Source: Torpedo marmorata
Lineage: Eukaryota
Length of the DNA: 64,000 nt
NCBI GenBank assembly: GCA_977017645.1
Contig: OZ360250.1
Location: 15,376,001 to 15,440,000, forward strand
Direction: 5' to 3'
Numbering within the stretch: position 1 is the stretch's first letter; each line of letters starts with the position of its first letter. Shown here piece by piece: positions 36,490 through 49,139 of the stretch. Made by a program: the position numbers and the translations under genes. The notes beneath the pieces were generated by a model. The model was not told the DNA's origin, did not search any database, and saw only the letters and a list, made by a program, of their open reading frames with translations.

Positions 36490-37160
36490 ATTTTTTTAAT
36501 ATACAAAAGTTTATTCAAAAAACATGACAAAACTACACAAACTATACACAGAACTACATCTAAACATACTATTTACATTGTAGAACATTCGCGAGATCAA
36601 TACCGCCCCTCTGTTACGTACACTTTACAGGTTCAGATTAAAATCTGGTTATCACTATCGACAACAGACTCAATTCCCTGGGGGGCTCATCGTTCTCGGA
36701 ACTTGCACACCATCCCCTCCAATACCGCGTGCTCCCGCTCTAACACTGCATGAGTCCGGATGTAACCCCGAAAGAGGGGCATGCAGGCAGCTCGCCCTGA
36801 ACCCTCGACCGCCCGCCTCCTTGACCCGTGAATAGCAAGCTTGGCCAGGCCCAGCAACAACCCCACAAGGAGATCCTCCGAGCTTCTGATCCCCTTCCTC
36901 ACCGGGTAACCGTAAATCAGGAGCGTGGGGCTGAAGTGCAGCTAGAACTTGAAGAGCAGCCCCTTCAGGTAGGCGAAGAGGGGGCTGCAACCTCTCACAC
37001 TCTACGTACACCGGCGGCGGGGGGTGTCGGTGAACCAACTCAGGAAACAGTTGCATGGCACTGCTTGGTGCAACGTTCTCCACCCCAGGTTCCCGATTTA
37101 AAGGGGGAGGACTCACGCGTACAGAGACCTCCACTGGGGTCCCCGAACCCCGGCGCATTG
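36490..37160 (-). mobile_element. Tx1-like (L1 clade) LINE 3' fragment
   Basis: VYVECERLQP...EDLLVGLLLGLAKLAIHGSRRRAVEG...PLFRGYIRTHAVLEREHAV...FRERW, typical of Tx1 ORF2 C-termini. AATAAA and A-tail near 36491-36515. Confidence 0.8.
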
Positions 37161-37404
37161 CAACACCCACTTTGTGTCAGTGTTGCTGGCATGGGGTGCT
37201 GCTGACACCCAGTGGCAGACTGAAAGTACTGCAGAGAGTCATCATGCCCTACCCATATCACCAAAGAAAAATTCAAGGATCTCAAAATCACAACAAAGTT
37301 GCGGTAATCCCCAACAATCGTGGAGGTCCATGGGGCAACTCTGCTGATTTGGACAGTCCTCAGTGGTACATACTTGTTTAAATTTTATAAATTTTGTAAA
37401 AATT

Positions 37405-37640
37405 AAATTCAGACATACAGCATGGTAACAGGCCCTTCCCGCCCACAAGCCTGTGCTTCCCAATTACACCCAATTGACCTACAACCCCCGGTACGTTTTG
37501 AAGGATGGGAGGAAACCGGAGGAAACCACGCAGACACGGGGAGAACGTACAAACTCCCTACAGACAGCGCCGGATTCAAACCCCGGGTTGCTGGTGCTGT
37601 AACAGCGTTGCGTTAACCGCTACGCTAACCGTGCCGCCCC
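37405..37640 (-). mobile_element. V-SINE
   Basis: Same young family. Confidence 0.85.
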
Positions 37641-39434
37641 TAGGAAGAGAGGAGGTCCTGCTGATTCAAAAACCTTAAAGCTTTCAAGGAGTCAGTCGGA
37701 CACCAGCCACATTCCCATTGTCAGAGGGGATACAGGCTGCATTACTGGAGCCTTGTCACATTCCCTTCACCCTGAGCCTACCTCTGCTGCAATATTGGGG
37801 CCGAATCCAGCTGCTCTCTCTGCTCATTCTCCCCCTTACGCTCCACCGGATGCCTGTTCGACACCATCTGCAGTCCACTGGCTGAGCTGACTGACCACCC
37901 CAGAGCAGAGCACAGCTGTCATTATCCAGGTCTTCCTGAAAATTCCAGAGGAATCGAATCTGAAGGAAGATCCAAAGAACACTATTAGATTTCTAAAATA
38001 TGACATTGCTGTAAATTGTGTTGTTGAATGTCTGAGTCCCCACTTGCCTGCCCTTAAATTTCATCCTTCTTTAGCACCCCTTGATGAGGAACTGGGGAGC
38101 AACATCTGTGCAACATCTGGTCGGAATCACTGACCTGGTCACTTTGTTACACCAGCCGGATAATACCCCTTGGCTAGTCTGTGCAACATCTGATCAGAAC
38201 TACTGGGTGTCCCCATGCAAAGAATCAACCAGAACCTGCTGCTGCTGATTCCTGCACCACCCCTGGCATTGGTTCCATGCCATCCTTGATTAATTATCCT
38301 GGCAACTCTCACTGTTGGTGCTCACGGGTAAGGAGCAGTTTCTCGAGCTGGGAACTGGAGGGTTAGCTGTGGCAGCAAATGTCAGCAAAGAACTGATCCA
38401 AACTGACACAATGAACGTTATCATCTTCATAATATGTGTGTTTTTCCGAAATTCTCTGTGGGGTAGATTCGATGTCAAGCCACTCAAGCCAAGGACTGCC
38501 TTGGAGGCACTTCGTATTACTCCACTTATCAACGCACCCTCTTTACCCAAACGAACCCGACCTAGTTCCATTCCTCTGGGAAAAGCAAACATGAGGTACC
38601 ATGAATCTGTGGAAACTAATCCTGCAAAGGGCCACATGTGCAGAGCATATACGGATTTTTAAATGGATAGCTAGCTCTAGAAATAAGAACGTAAATAGAC
38701 GAAGAATTCATCCTGAATACTGTCCGTAATAAATATTAATGTGTGCTAAAATATCAATTGGTGTGTTGCAGATATATTGTAGTTTCTCAGGCAGAAGATG
38801 TCTCTCTTACCTCCCCTGTCTTAGATACTGTTCCCACCATAAAGGCTTTTGTTGCTCCTGTTTGAGCCATGGTTTATTTTGTCCACTGTTGGCCCCTTGA
38901 GCCAAGAGCTTGTCCCAGCTCGGGGAACTGAACACACAAACCTGGTGACTGAATTCCGAACTTCTGAGAGGTGGAGCTGAGCTCGCATCTGCTCTCTAGT
39001 GGCCATCAAAGGTGCCATGGTTCCACTTCGAGCAAGCAGTTGTCCCCAGCATCCTGGCCAATAATTTTCCCACAAGTAACGCCTCAAAACTAACGATCCG
39101 CTCAATAGCTCAATGTTGGAGCTTAATCTGCTTTCTATGGTCCAGTTGCTGGAAAGATGCTTTAAGATCTCCTGAGATTGCGGAAAGTGCTGAACAAATG
39201 CAAGTCCTTTCGCTTTAGCAGTGTTGAGATGTCGAATGCAGAGCGAGATAACTTGTCCTTTAGTTCCTCCTTTTCGGTGAGGAGATGCAAGTCTCCCTTG
39301 AGGAACTTGGAGTGTGGAGATACTAGGGCAGGGGACAATGTGAGTACGGGACAATCAGTTACCAGATGGTTGGACGCTCCACGTACTCCTCCCCTGTTGA
39401 TCAGCAGTCAGGATCACTGTGTTTGGAAATGAGA

Positions 39435-39700
39435 CAGCGCAGCCTCACAGCCCCAGTGATCCAGGTTCAATCCTGACCTCTGGCTCTGTCTGTGTGGAGT
39501 TTGCACGTTCTCCCTGTGTCCGCGTGGGTTTGCTCCTGCATCCAAAAGATGTGCGGGTCGGCAGATTAACTGGCTGCTGCAAATTTCCCCTAGTGTATGG
39601 GTGAGTGGTAGAATCTGGAGGTGTTGATGGGAATGTGGAGAGGATAAATGGGATCTGGTCGGCACAGAGTTGATGGGCCAAAGTGCCTGTTTCCACATTG
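39435..39700 (+). mobile_element. Old diverged V-SINE
   Basis: ccaggttcaatcctgacctc...gtggagtttgcacgttctccctgtgtccgcgtggg and a CR1-like tail. Confidence 0.75.
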
Positions 39701-40641
39701 AATGATTCTGTGACTCTTAAGTTAAATCAGAAGTTTGGCAGTTTCCTCCATATTGCTCCCGCTGCATCAGGAGAGAGTTGCTGGGAGTGCCGCGGGAGGC
39801 TGTTTGTGCTCGTGAGCTCTGATCCACAGCTGAGGCTGGTCAGGACCTGGAGAGTTTCTGAAATCCGGTCTGATGATGTGGGAGCCGATCACGGTTCGGT
39901 CAAAGGGAGGCTGCAGCACGCAGGTGGCTCCGAGATTTCTCCCAGTCCCAGCTCTTGTAGAGGGTTAAGAACCCCAAGAATCCGTGGCTCTGCTTTCCAG
40001 CTGCACCCAGAGCCAAGCTCTTCACAGGTGAACCCCAGTTGGGCTACCAGGAGGCTTGCTTTTAACCAATCGAGTTCAGGAGCCTCAAGTGACTGTGATC
40101 TCCTAAAGTGCCTCTAATCCCATTTAATTAAAGCAATAACGAAAGAAAATGTGCACATTCTACTATCTCCCTCCTCTTCCTCTGTGTGTACACCCACCCT
40201 CTCACTGGGTGGGTAGCACCAGGTTACCTAGAACCTCCTCTCCAGAGGCATCAGCTCTCACCATCGGCCATCAGCTTGGGCACTATAAGAGAAGTGTGAC
40301 AGTTTAATTAAGAATGAGGGGTACAGGCAGATCCATCCTGGCAGAGAGTGCATTGGACAGAAGGCGGAGTAATATTGAATGGAACATGCATGGGAGCAGG
40401 GAAAGGAAGAAGTTTACACACACTGTTGCCTTCAGAGGAAACGAGGTAAAAGAGCACTGGAAATTAGACCAGGATATCTCTCTTCACTCAAACATCTCTA
40501 TTTTAAGTTTCCTTTATCGGAAGTTCCAATGTCCATGCTTCCAATGGAAACTGACTGTATAGACCTGTAGCATTGTAATAGGATTGTCCTGGCATTGAAG
40601 CAGTTATAACGTGATAAGTTTATGCATTTGGAGGAAGGAAT

Positions 40642-40866
40642 TTAATTTAGACATACAGCACGGTAACAGGCCCTATCGGCCCACGAGCTCGTGCCGCTCA
40701 ATCCCAATTAATCTATGGCCCCGGTACATTTTGAAGGGTGGGAGGAAGCCGGAACACCTGGAGGAAACGCACGCAATCACGGGGAAATGTACAAACTCCT
40801 GACAGACAGCGCCAGCTCCGAACCCAGGTCGCTGGCGCTGTAATAGCGCTGTGCTAACTGTGCCAC
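40642..40866 (-). mobile_element. V-SINE
   Basis: Same young family. Confidence 0.82.
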
Positions 40867-42119
40867 TCCTCAGAAGCTCATGGTTGTAAAATATTCAGTG
40901 TGTTATATCTGCAACACCAGACATTTGCAAATGACTGATATATTCAGAAGTAGTTTCAGAATGAATCTTGCCCCAGAGTTTGATTCTGTTTAATAATGTT
41001 CCATATATCCCCTCCCCATGTGGACAGCATGAAGGCAGCAAAACGCTTCTCCCTTCATCCTCCCTCCTTCTGGCTCATTTGCAGCAGCAATACCCCGTTA
41101 AGAATGATCGCAACTTTCTCCTCTGTGTGGGATTTCTCTGGGATTTGTTTTAACGCAAGAGATTTTATTTAAAAAATACATTTTTTTAATAATAATCACA
41201 CTTCTTAATCCACGGTTGCACTAATTAGTTTGGAACCTGCTTTTACTGTCTGCATGACTCCTCGGGGAGTGATGAAGCAGTCCCTCTGCTTTAACCAGGT
41301 ATTCCGTTGCTAACTTTTCCCATCTTGCTTTCTCCATGACCATTAAAATATAATTTCAAGATCTGTGCTTAAATCTAAACCAAATGCAAGACGATCTCCT
41401 GTAGGGATTTGTGTTGTGTTTGGACATGGCCCTTTCACCTCTGAGACATGGTGTCAAGGTTGAGACACACTCTGACCAGGGAATAGGAGGGGGTCGGGGG
41501 GTGTGGATCATGATTGGGAGCAGGACTACAGCAGCAAGCCCAAAGGATGGTGATGGTAGCGTTTTCCATCATCCCACCTCCCAGAAGTGGCCCAGAAGTA
41601 AATGGTAAGTAACCGGCCATAACACCCTGGAAATTTGGCATGAACTCAATCCTTGTGTTAGAATAGGTGGTCCAAGGCTTTCTCAGAATCAGACCAGCAA
41701 TCTAGGTTCTAGGTCCCTGCTGGACACTCCAATCAACCTGGTGGGAACAGTTGAAACAAAAAAGCTCAGTCATTTCAACAACTCAGTCTATTGGGTGTAA
41801 AATGGCCGATTACCCGTAAGAAAATGAATTTGTGAAAATCTTCACCCGGTACAGATTTTATCAGACAATCTTGCTCTGTCCGAGGAACAAATTTCAAATT
41901 GTTCCAACGGCTGCATGAAAGTCATGTTAAGCAGCAAGTTATGGGCTGGAGGGGACGCAGTTTTATTGTAAACCAAGTCCGTGACTGCAGATGAAGAAGC
42001 TAAAATCCATTAATTGGCCCTTTTGTTGTTTCTTTAACCTATAGATCAGCTATCCATTGTAAAACCAGTGAGAGAATCAATTTAAACAGATAATGCATGC
42101 ATTTTCTAACAGATAGTTC

Positions 42120-42715
42120 ACAGTCGTGGAGCTTTACCGCATGGGAACAGGCCCTTCAGCCCTACTTGTCTATGCCAACCATGTCCATCTAAGCTAGTCC
42201 CATTTCCCTTTGTTTGGCCCACATCCCTCTAAACCTTCCCTGTCCCGTCCAAATGTCGTTATTGTACCTGACTGCGCAGTTTCTTCTGGCAGTCCATATA
42301 CACACCACTCTCTGAGTGGAAAAATATCCCTTTTAAATCTTTACCCTCTCACCTGAAATCTATATCCTCAAGTTTTAGACTGCCCTACCCTGGGGGAAAG
42401 ATTATGACTGTTCACCCATAACAGTCATATGCTCCTCATGTCGTCCTTCAGTCTTGCATGCTCAGGGGGGGAAAAATTCCCAATCAATCTAGTCTATCTT
42501 CACAACTCAAACCCTCCAGTCCTGGTAATGCCATCACAAATCCATTCTTCACTGCTTCCAACTCAATCACATCCTTTCTGTTGCAGGGAAACCAGAACTT
42601 GCACCCAATACTAATGATGTCCCAACTCCTGACCAATGAAAGCAAATGCTCCAAATGCCTTCTTCACCATCCTGTCGACCTGTGTTGCCACTTTCAGGGA
42701 ATAATGTACCTGTAT
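42120..42715 (-). mobile_element. Old degenerate CR1 fragment
   Basis: CR1 3' motifs (gaacaggcccttcagccc, ccagaacttgcacccaatact, aatgccttcttcaccatcctgtcgacctgtg). Confidence 0.65.
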
Positions 42716-43377
42716 TCGTAGGTACTGGGATTGATCCTATCACAAAGTTCATGTCCAAGTGGCAAGTTTTCCTTACTAATCTTCCTGTTAATCTTCAGCA
42801 AATTTTTTGGAGCAAACATAGGACAATTTTGCCCCAAGCACAAGGTTGAGTAATGTAGGAGGCCCAAGTTGGAGATGGAAGTTGCTAGCTTAGATCTATG
42901 AAGTGCATGTCGTTGCTTAGAGCCTCAACTTTGCAAAGCTCCAAGCTTCCGAGTGCCAATCCTGTACACAGTTTGTATGCAGTCCAGCTGTACTGAAGCT
43001 GCTTTTACTGTCAGTAACTTATGCAATGCTGCTCTGGCCAAGTAAAATCAAATCTTAATGGGAAATAATATTACATCATTTTCTGTATTCTATAGTTATT
43101 TCTTTGAAATATTTTAAAGTATTTTATTAAGGAAAACCAATGGAGTTATAGTAAGTTTGTTGCACAAGAGAAACTGCATTCACCGAAGGGATTTCTTGGT
43201 TAACACTTTTTTTGTCTCCTTTCAAACACAGTTGGCAGCAGAAAACTTCTTCCTCTCTTAACTACCAGACTGAATCTGCTCACACCATAAGAACTAGGTA
43301 CCTGCTTACAGATTTTTGTCAAACGCAGTACTAGTTGGTTCCAGCACTAATGCAGAACAGCAATAACCTGTTTACAG

Positions 43378-43650
43378 AGATGCTGGAGGAACTCAGCCAG
43401 TCTCACAGCATCCATAGGAGGTAAATATATATTACCGACGTTTCCGGCCTGAGCCCTTCTTCAAGGTTCAAGCCCAAACTGTCAGTTATATATCTTTACC
43501 TCCTCAGTCATATCTTGAAGAAGGGCTCAGGCCCAAAACGTCGGTAATATATCTCTACCTCCTATGGATGCTGCGAGACCTGCTGAGTTCCTCCAGCATT
43601 TCTGTGTGTTTACTACAATCACAGCGTCTGCAGACTTTTGTGTTTCACTG
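43378..43650. mobile_element. Palindromic non-autonomous Penelope-derived element
   Basis: About 85-bp inverted arms (tgctggaggaactcagc...gagcccttcttcaag / cttgaagaagggctc...gctgagttcctccagca), each carrying the hammerhead-like motif. Confidence 0.8.
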
Positions 43651-45019
43651 AGTATTTATGTCACACAGGGTTCTTGCATTATTCCTGCTTCCTTTCTGCC
43701 CCGAGTGTATTTTTATACTTTACCAGGGTTGTTTCTGTTTAAGCAGCAAGACGTTCATCTCTTCCTTTCCCAACCTCGATAGTTTTCAAGTTTGAAAAAT
43801 CCAAATTGGACACAACTGCACTAAAGTTCAATGTGACATATATTTGCTCTTTAACAACGAGGACACCAACCTACAGAAGAGCCACATTGCTCTAAAGACG
43901 TAATTCTACAAATGAGATGGATCCAATTTGCGAGCTGGTTTAGCTGGCAATTCCCCAGTGGTAATTAGCTGATTTTTAAATAACTGTAGTACAATTAGTC
44001 TTTCTCCACAGTCCCTCTGCCAGGCTTGGGGAAAAGGAACAGTTTGAGAACTTAAATTCAGAATTTTTAAGTCCAGTCTGTCACATTCAGACATAACGTA
44101 TCATCGGACGTGCAAGGTTCTGTGATATGGGTCAGGGAAGATAATAGTTTCCTGTTGCTTCTTATCTTGAGGTAGAACAAGTCATTTACATTTACTCTCT
44201 CATTAATCTGAGGACTCACCAAATCTCCAACTGATATGGCAAACTTGATGTGTCGTTTTAACTGCACGGATGGTTTTATCCAGTAGGGTGTCCAGCACCA
44301 TGAGACAGTGGGTTTCAGGATACCATGTCCTCCAGTCTACTGCTGGCAAGTTCTCATCATCTCCTCTAATTCTTTAAATCTGGAACAAATACTAGAAAAG
44401 GAAGGGTGACGGTGGTGTCTGTGGGATGTTCATGGGGAACCTCCACTTCTTGTTCCCTTTTTCCTCCAAGGCCGGAGTGTGGCAAGCTCATTCTCCAATG
44501 CAAAGTGAAGGTACATAAATGTACTCGCTTGTTCCCAGAGAACCACATTATTAGCCTAGAATTAAGTATTGACTCAGACCTGAGGCATTGACAAATTTTG
44601 TGCAGTTCCCAGTGCAAAATCTTGTCAGAAGAGTTCCTGTCAGACATGAAGCTTCTATGTTTTTGAATGTTTCTCAGGTTGAGGTAAATACTCTTACCGT
44701 CCAATACTGTATTTAATGTTGGGGTCTGTTTCAGAGATGATTCTTCATAATCTAATGTTGCCCTTGTTAGATGTCCCTTGCTGAACAATTTTTTTATTCC
44801 TGATTTTAGCAAATATCAGAGAGTTTTCATGAAGTAAAGTGTCTGCCGGTCTCAATCCGTAAGCCCATAGATCTACATATCTGTCCATGGTAAATATATG
44901 TGCTCAGCGATGGAACTAGAGTTGTTGGCAGTCACCACCAACTCTACCAGCATTATTTAGAACATTTACTCTGAATCTCAAGCGGTGCACACACTCACCC
45001 ACCAATGAATCTAATTTTA

Positions 45020-45262
45020 AAATTTAGGCATACAGCACGGTTACAGGCCCTTCCAGCCCACGAGCCCGGCTGTCCAAATATCCCAATTAACCTACAATCC
45101 CCGTATGTTTTTGAAGGGTGGGAGGAAACCGGAGCACCCGGAGGAAACCCACGCAGACACAGGGAGAACGTACAAACTCCTTACAGACTCACACCGGATT
45201 CGAAACCAAGTCGCTGCCGCTGTAACAACGTTGTGCTAACCGCTAGGCTAACCGTGCCGCCC
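45020..45262 (-). mobile_element. V-SINE
   Basis: Same young family. Confidence 0.85.
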
Positions 45263-46409
45263 ATCCTAAAGACTTGTCCACTGTGTTTTATAGTTCTTCT
45301 GGGCATGTATCAGACTTTAGTCCCAGCTCACCTGTGCTGGATCAGGTTTTGGGACACCCATTAAACTGTCAGCCTGGTGCATTCACCAGCCTGTGCTGTG
45401 ATGGCTCCCGCAGTGAAGGTCTGCGTGATGGATCTGAGGAGGCTCAGTTCTTGAGATCTCATGAACTTATCCAGTTCCACAAAACAGATTGTGTACCTGA
45501 ACACTGGGCAGGCTAATGATAAATGTAGATAAGGAAACTTATCCCATCCTGACTTACCCAGTAGATAACACTGCAACCCCACAAAGACTCTACTTTTAGT
45601 TAGTCCTTAAAGATTTTATGGGATTTCCTGCATTACCTGACAGAGAAGCCCATTCTAAGTGTTGATCAAAGCAAAACGCGTCCTTGTGAAACGTCATGAT
45701 AGTTAGCCAAGTGTGCTTCTCTCTTGCTGCAAGAATGCCACATGTTGTTCCAGATTTAAATTCCTGGCTGCTCTCTCTGATCTGATGAGATCCCGTATCT
45801 GTCAGACCCTTGGATCCTTCTCTCAGCTCAGTTCTTGGGCTCCAGATTGTGAGTCTTGCGGCTCACTGCATGGCCCCAGGGCTGAGTGATGTCTCGGTGA
45901 TCAGGTACAGCACTCAGAGGGACAAGTCGAGCCAAGGCTGCTTTCCTTGTGGCCACGTTACTGAAGCACAGCATCTGCCTCGTGAGCCCGGTTGGGTTGG
46001 ATGCCAACAGAACACAGGACATTTAATGCCAGTCGCACTACCAGCGATGCACCACGTTCTCGGTCTCACTGTTCGGTGTTTCACCCCTGCCCCTGAACAC
46101 TGGACCAGGGCCAGAACCTTCTTTGAAACAAAGAGGGAAATAGTTACTGTTCTTCCAAAAAATACTGCAGTGAGCCATTCAGACTGGACTGCTGGGAATA
46201 AACAGACTTGATCCACAAGAACCTGGTAGTGATTAATAGTTTGGAATGCACTGCTTCTATAAAACTAATCCCATTGTATTTATAATAGAACTCTGGGTGA
46301 AAGTTGGCTGCTCATAGAATATTCAGGTCTCCAGTAGATCTGCATACCAGTTGATGAGACAGTTCTGGGCGCTGACAACTTGCCTTTGGCACGCTGACTA
46401 GCCAGATTT

Positions 46410-47000
46410 CCCTTCCCTACATCGGAGAGACTGGACGCAGACTGGGAGATCGCTTCGCTGAGCACCTTCGCTCTGTCCTCATCAGTGACAGGGATCTCCC
46501 AGTGGCCAACCACTTCAATTCTGCTCCCCACTCCCACGCTGATGTCTGTCCATGGCCTCGTGTAATGTCAAACCAAGACCACCCGTAAATTGGAGGAGCA
46601 ACACCTAATTTTCCGTCTGGGCACTCTCCAATTGGATGGCATAAACATCGACTTCTCCAGTTTCTGCTAGCCCACTCCCCGTTCTCCCTCTCTTCCCCAT
46701 CCCTCTCTCTCCTTTCCTCCAGCTCTCCACCCCCTTCCCTCTCCTTTCACAGAGCCATTCCCCCTCCCCTTGTTTGCTGGTGTGCCCTCCCTCCCTTCTC
46801 CACCTATTACCTCCTGCCTGTGGGACTGTGCTCCTCCCCTTGCCCCTCCCCCCCCCACCATTTTGTTTGGGCGCCTGCCTACATTTTGAAATACCTTGAT
46901 GAAGGGCTCAAGCCCGAAACGTTGGATATGTATATTTATCTTTTCTATATAAAGTACACTGTTTGACCTGCTGAGTTTATCCAGCATTTTGTTTTTACTT
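46410..47000 (+). mobile_element. Penelope-like retroelement 3' fragment with GIY-YIG endonuclease remnant
   Basis: Manual translation YIGETGRRLGDRFAEHLRSV...LPVANHFNS...RKLEEQHLIFRLGTLQLDGINIDFSSFC* (one frameshift/stop), then C-rich UTR and hammerhead-like motif at 46891-46927. Confidence 0.9.
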
Positions 47001-47051
47001 TTTAACCAGATTCCCCATTCACTTTCCATCTGGGTTTTTTTAATTCCCCAG

Positions 47052-47173
47052 CGACAGCTTTGGAAGCAGCGCCACCGTTCCTCCAAGTTGCCCAGAGGCC
47101 CCAGTACCCGCTTCCAAACCGAAGGTTGTCAGCACAGCGAGTATCAGACCTGCTCCCTTTCAGCCGCCCAGAG
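47052..47173 (+). CDS. LDB3: LDB3 long-isoform linker exon (122 nt, phase 2 to 1)
   Basis: ttccccag| ... AGAG|gtaagg. Encodes DSFGSSATVPPSCPEAPVPASKPKVVSTASIRPAPFQPPR, matching ZASP KPRVVTTASIRPSVYQP. This frame is absent from the ORF track. Confidence 0.92.
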
Positions 47174-48091
47174 GTAAGGCAGCAGAGCAATGTCTGTCAC
47201 TGTAGTGGGGAGCATCCGGAAAAGAGCAAGAGATATCAAGAAATATTTTATTGAACACAAATATTTGAGTACATATTATATATCACATTATGTAAGGATG
47301 TGTATTGTCTATTCTTTATATCTGGCACAGTACTCAAAGGCAACCGCCTTCGTAGGTTACGTTTTGCCATGAGGACAAATATCATTCTGAGGTGCTACAG
47401 TAATTACCAACCTCTTCTCCGCACTCCCCTACATTGGTGATATATTAGTACAATGAATCTGGGGTGGCTTCTCAGTAGACAATGCATTGGGTTAAAATGC
47501 CCCCCTCATAGAAATAAAAGTGCCCACTATTGAATTAACCATTTGATCCCAAGGTTTGGTGAGTCATTTGATTCATGATGATCCGTTCTGATGAAATGCC
47601 ATTGTCCTGAAATATTAAGTTGAGTTTTCTCTTTATGGACGCTGTCTGACCTGCTAACTGTTTTCAGCATTCCTGATTTACTCCATTTCCACCCTTGATT
47701 GGTGAATATTTTGTTTCAACAGTTTTGAGCAGTATTTTGTAGCCTGTTTGATTCAAACCGGGGTTTATCTGAGAGAGAGTACATAGGTCAGAAAAATTTT
47801 GAGAGCGGCAAGAACAGAAGGGGTTAATAAATACAGTTCAGCACACACCTGAGTGAGTGAAGTCATGCATTGAGACCTGGCCACAGTGATGGAGTTACTG
47901 GGCTAGGACTAGTGGTTCAGAGACACTTTGAATTCCATTCCTGCAGCTGGGGAATTTAAATGTGAGAGAGAGTATAGGTTACAGGGAAATAATTGTGCTA
48001 ATAGGTTCGATGGGATCACTGTCACCGTGGCCTTTATGGGCTGAATGGCTTTCTGTTTTGTCAGGAAATACTGTATTGGGGGAAGAAATTA

Positions 48092-49077
48092 CCGTATAAA
48101 TGCGTGTAATAGTCGATACTGTGTAAAGGTCGACACCGCCCCCCCCCCCCTATTTTTGGCTTCAGCCGCCTGCCCACTGGAGCTCCCGACGCCCCGACCG
48201 TGGACTCTCGCCTAGGCCCCGGCCACCCATCCATCCGGGCTCCCGACGCCCCGACCGGGGATTCTCACCTAGGCCCCGGCGACCCATCCATCCGGGCTCC
48301 CGACGCCCCAACCGTGGACTCTCGCCTAGGCCCAGGCCGCCTGCCCATCCGAGCTTCTGACGCCCCGACCGTGGACTCTCGCCTAGGCCCCGGCGACCCA
48401 TCCATCCGAGCTTCTGACGCCCCGACCGGGGATTCTCACCTAGGCCCCGGCGACCCATCCATCTGGGCTCCCGACGCCCCGACCGTGGACTCTCGCCTAG
48501 GCCCCGGCGACCCATCCATCCGGGCTCCCGACGCCCCGACCGTGGACTCTCGCCTAGGCCCAGGCCGCCTGCCCATCCGAGCTCCCGACGCCCTGACCGC
48601 AGACTCTTGCCTAGGCCCAGGCCGCCTGCCCATCCGAGCTTCTGACGCCCCGACCGGGGATTCTCACCTAGGCCCTGGCCGCTCATCCTCCAGAGCCCCT
48701 GACGCCTCGACCGTGGACGCTCACCTAGGGCCCAGCCGTCCGCCCATCAGAGCTCCTGACCCCTCGACCGCGGACTCTCACCTAAGCCCAGGCCGCCCGT
48801 CCACCGGAGCTCCCGAACCCTTTACCGCAGACTCTCGCCTACACCCCAGCTTCCTGCCCATCTGAGCTCCCGACGCCTCGAACGCGGACTTACCACCTGG
48901 TCTCGGCCACCCGCCCATCCGAGCTCCCGACACCCTGAACATGGACTTACCACCCGGTTCCCGCCGCCGACCCACCCATCGGTCAAAAGTAGTACTGTAT
49001 GTGTGTAATAGTCGACCCCCTAAATTTTACCTTAAAAATTGGTCCACAAAATTCAACTATTACACACATTTATACAG
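48092..49077. mobile_element. TcMar (Tc2/pogo-like) non-autonomous DNA transposon
   Basis: Left TIR CCGTATAAATGCGTGTAATAGTCGA. Right TIR reverse complement CTGTATAAATGTGTGTAATAGTTGA (differences are CpG transitions). TA on both flanks. Confidence 0.8.
48165..48980. repeat. 57-bp GC/CpG-rich minisatellite, about 14 copies, inside the MITE
   Basis: Unit gctcccgacgccccgaccgtggactctcgcctaggccccggcgacccatccatccgg at 48182, 48239, 48296 etc., degenerating toward the right end. Confidence 0.95.
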
Positions 49078-49139
49078 TAGTCAGTTAAATAGATCAGAAA
49101 GAAAAAGCTGGTTTCAGTAAGGCTGACTATGAAACTGGA

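Noticed and set aside
48162-48865. 174-aa and 221-aa repeat proteins
   Set aside because: Produced by a stop-free 57-bp minisatellite inside a MITE. No splice or homology support.
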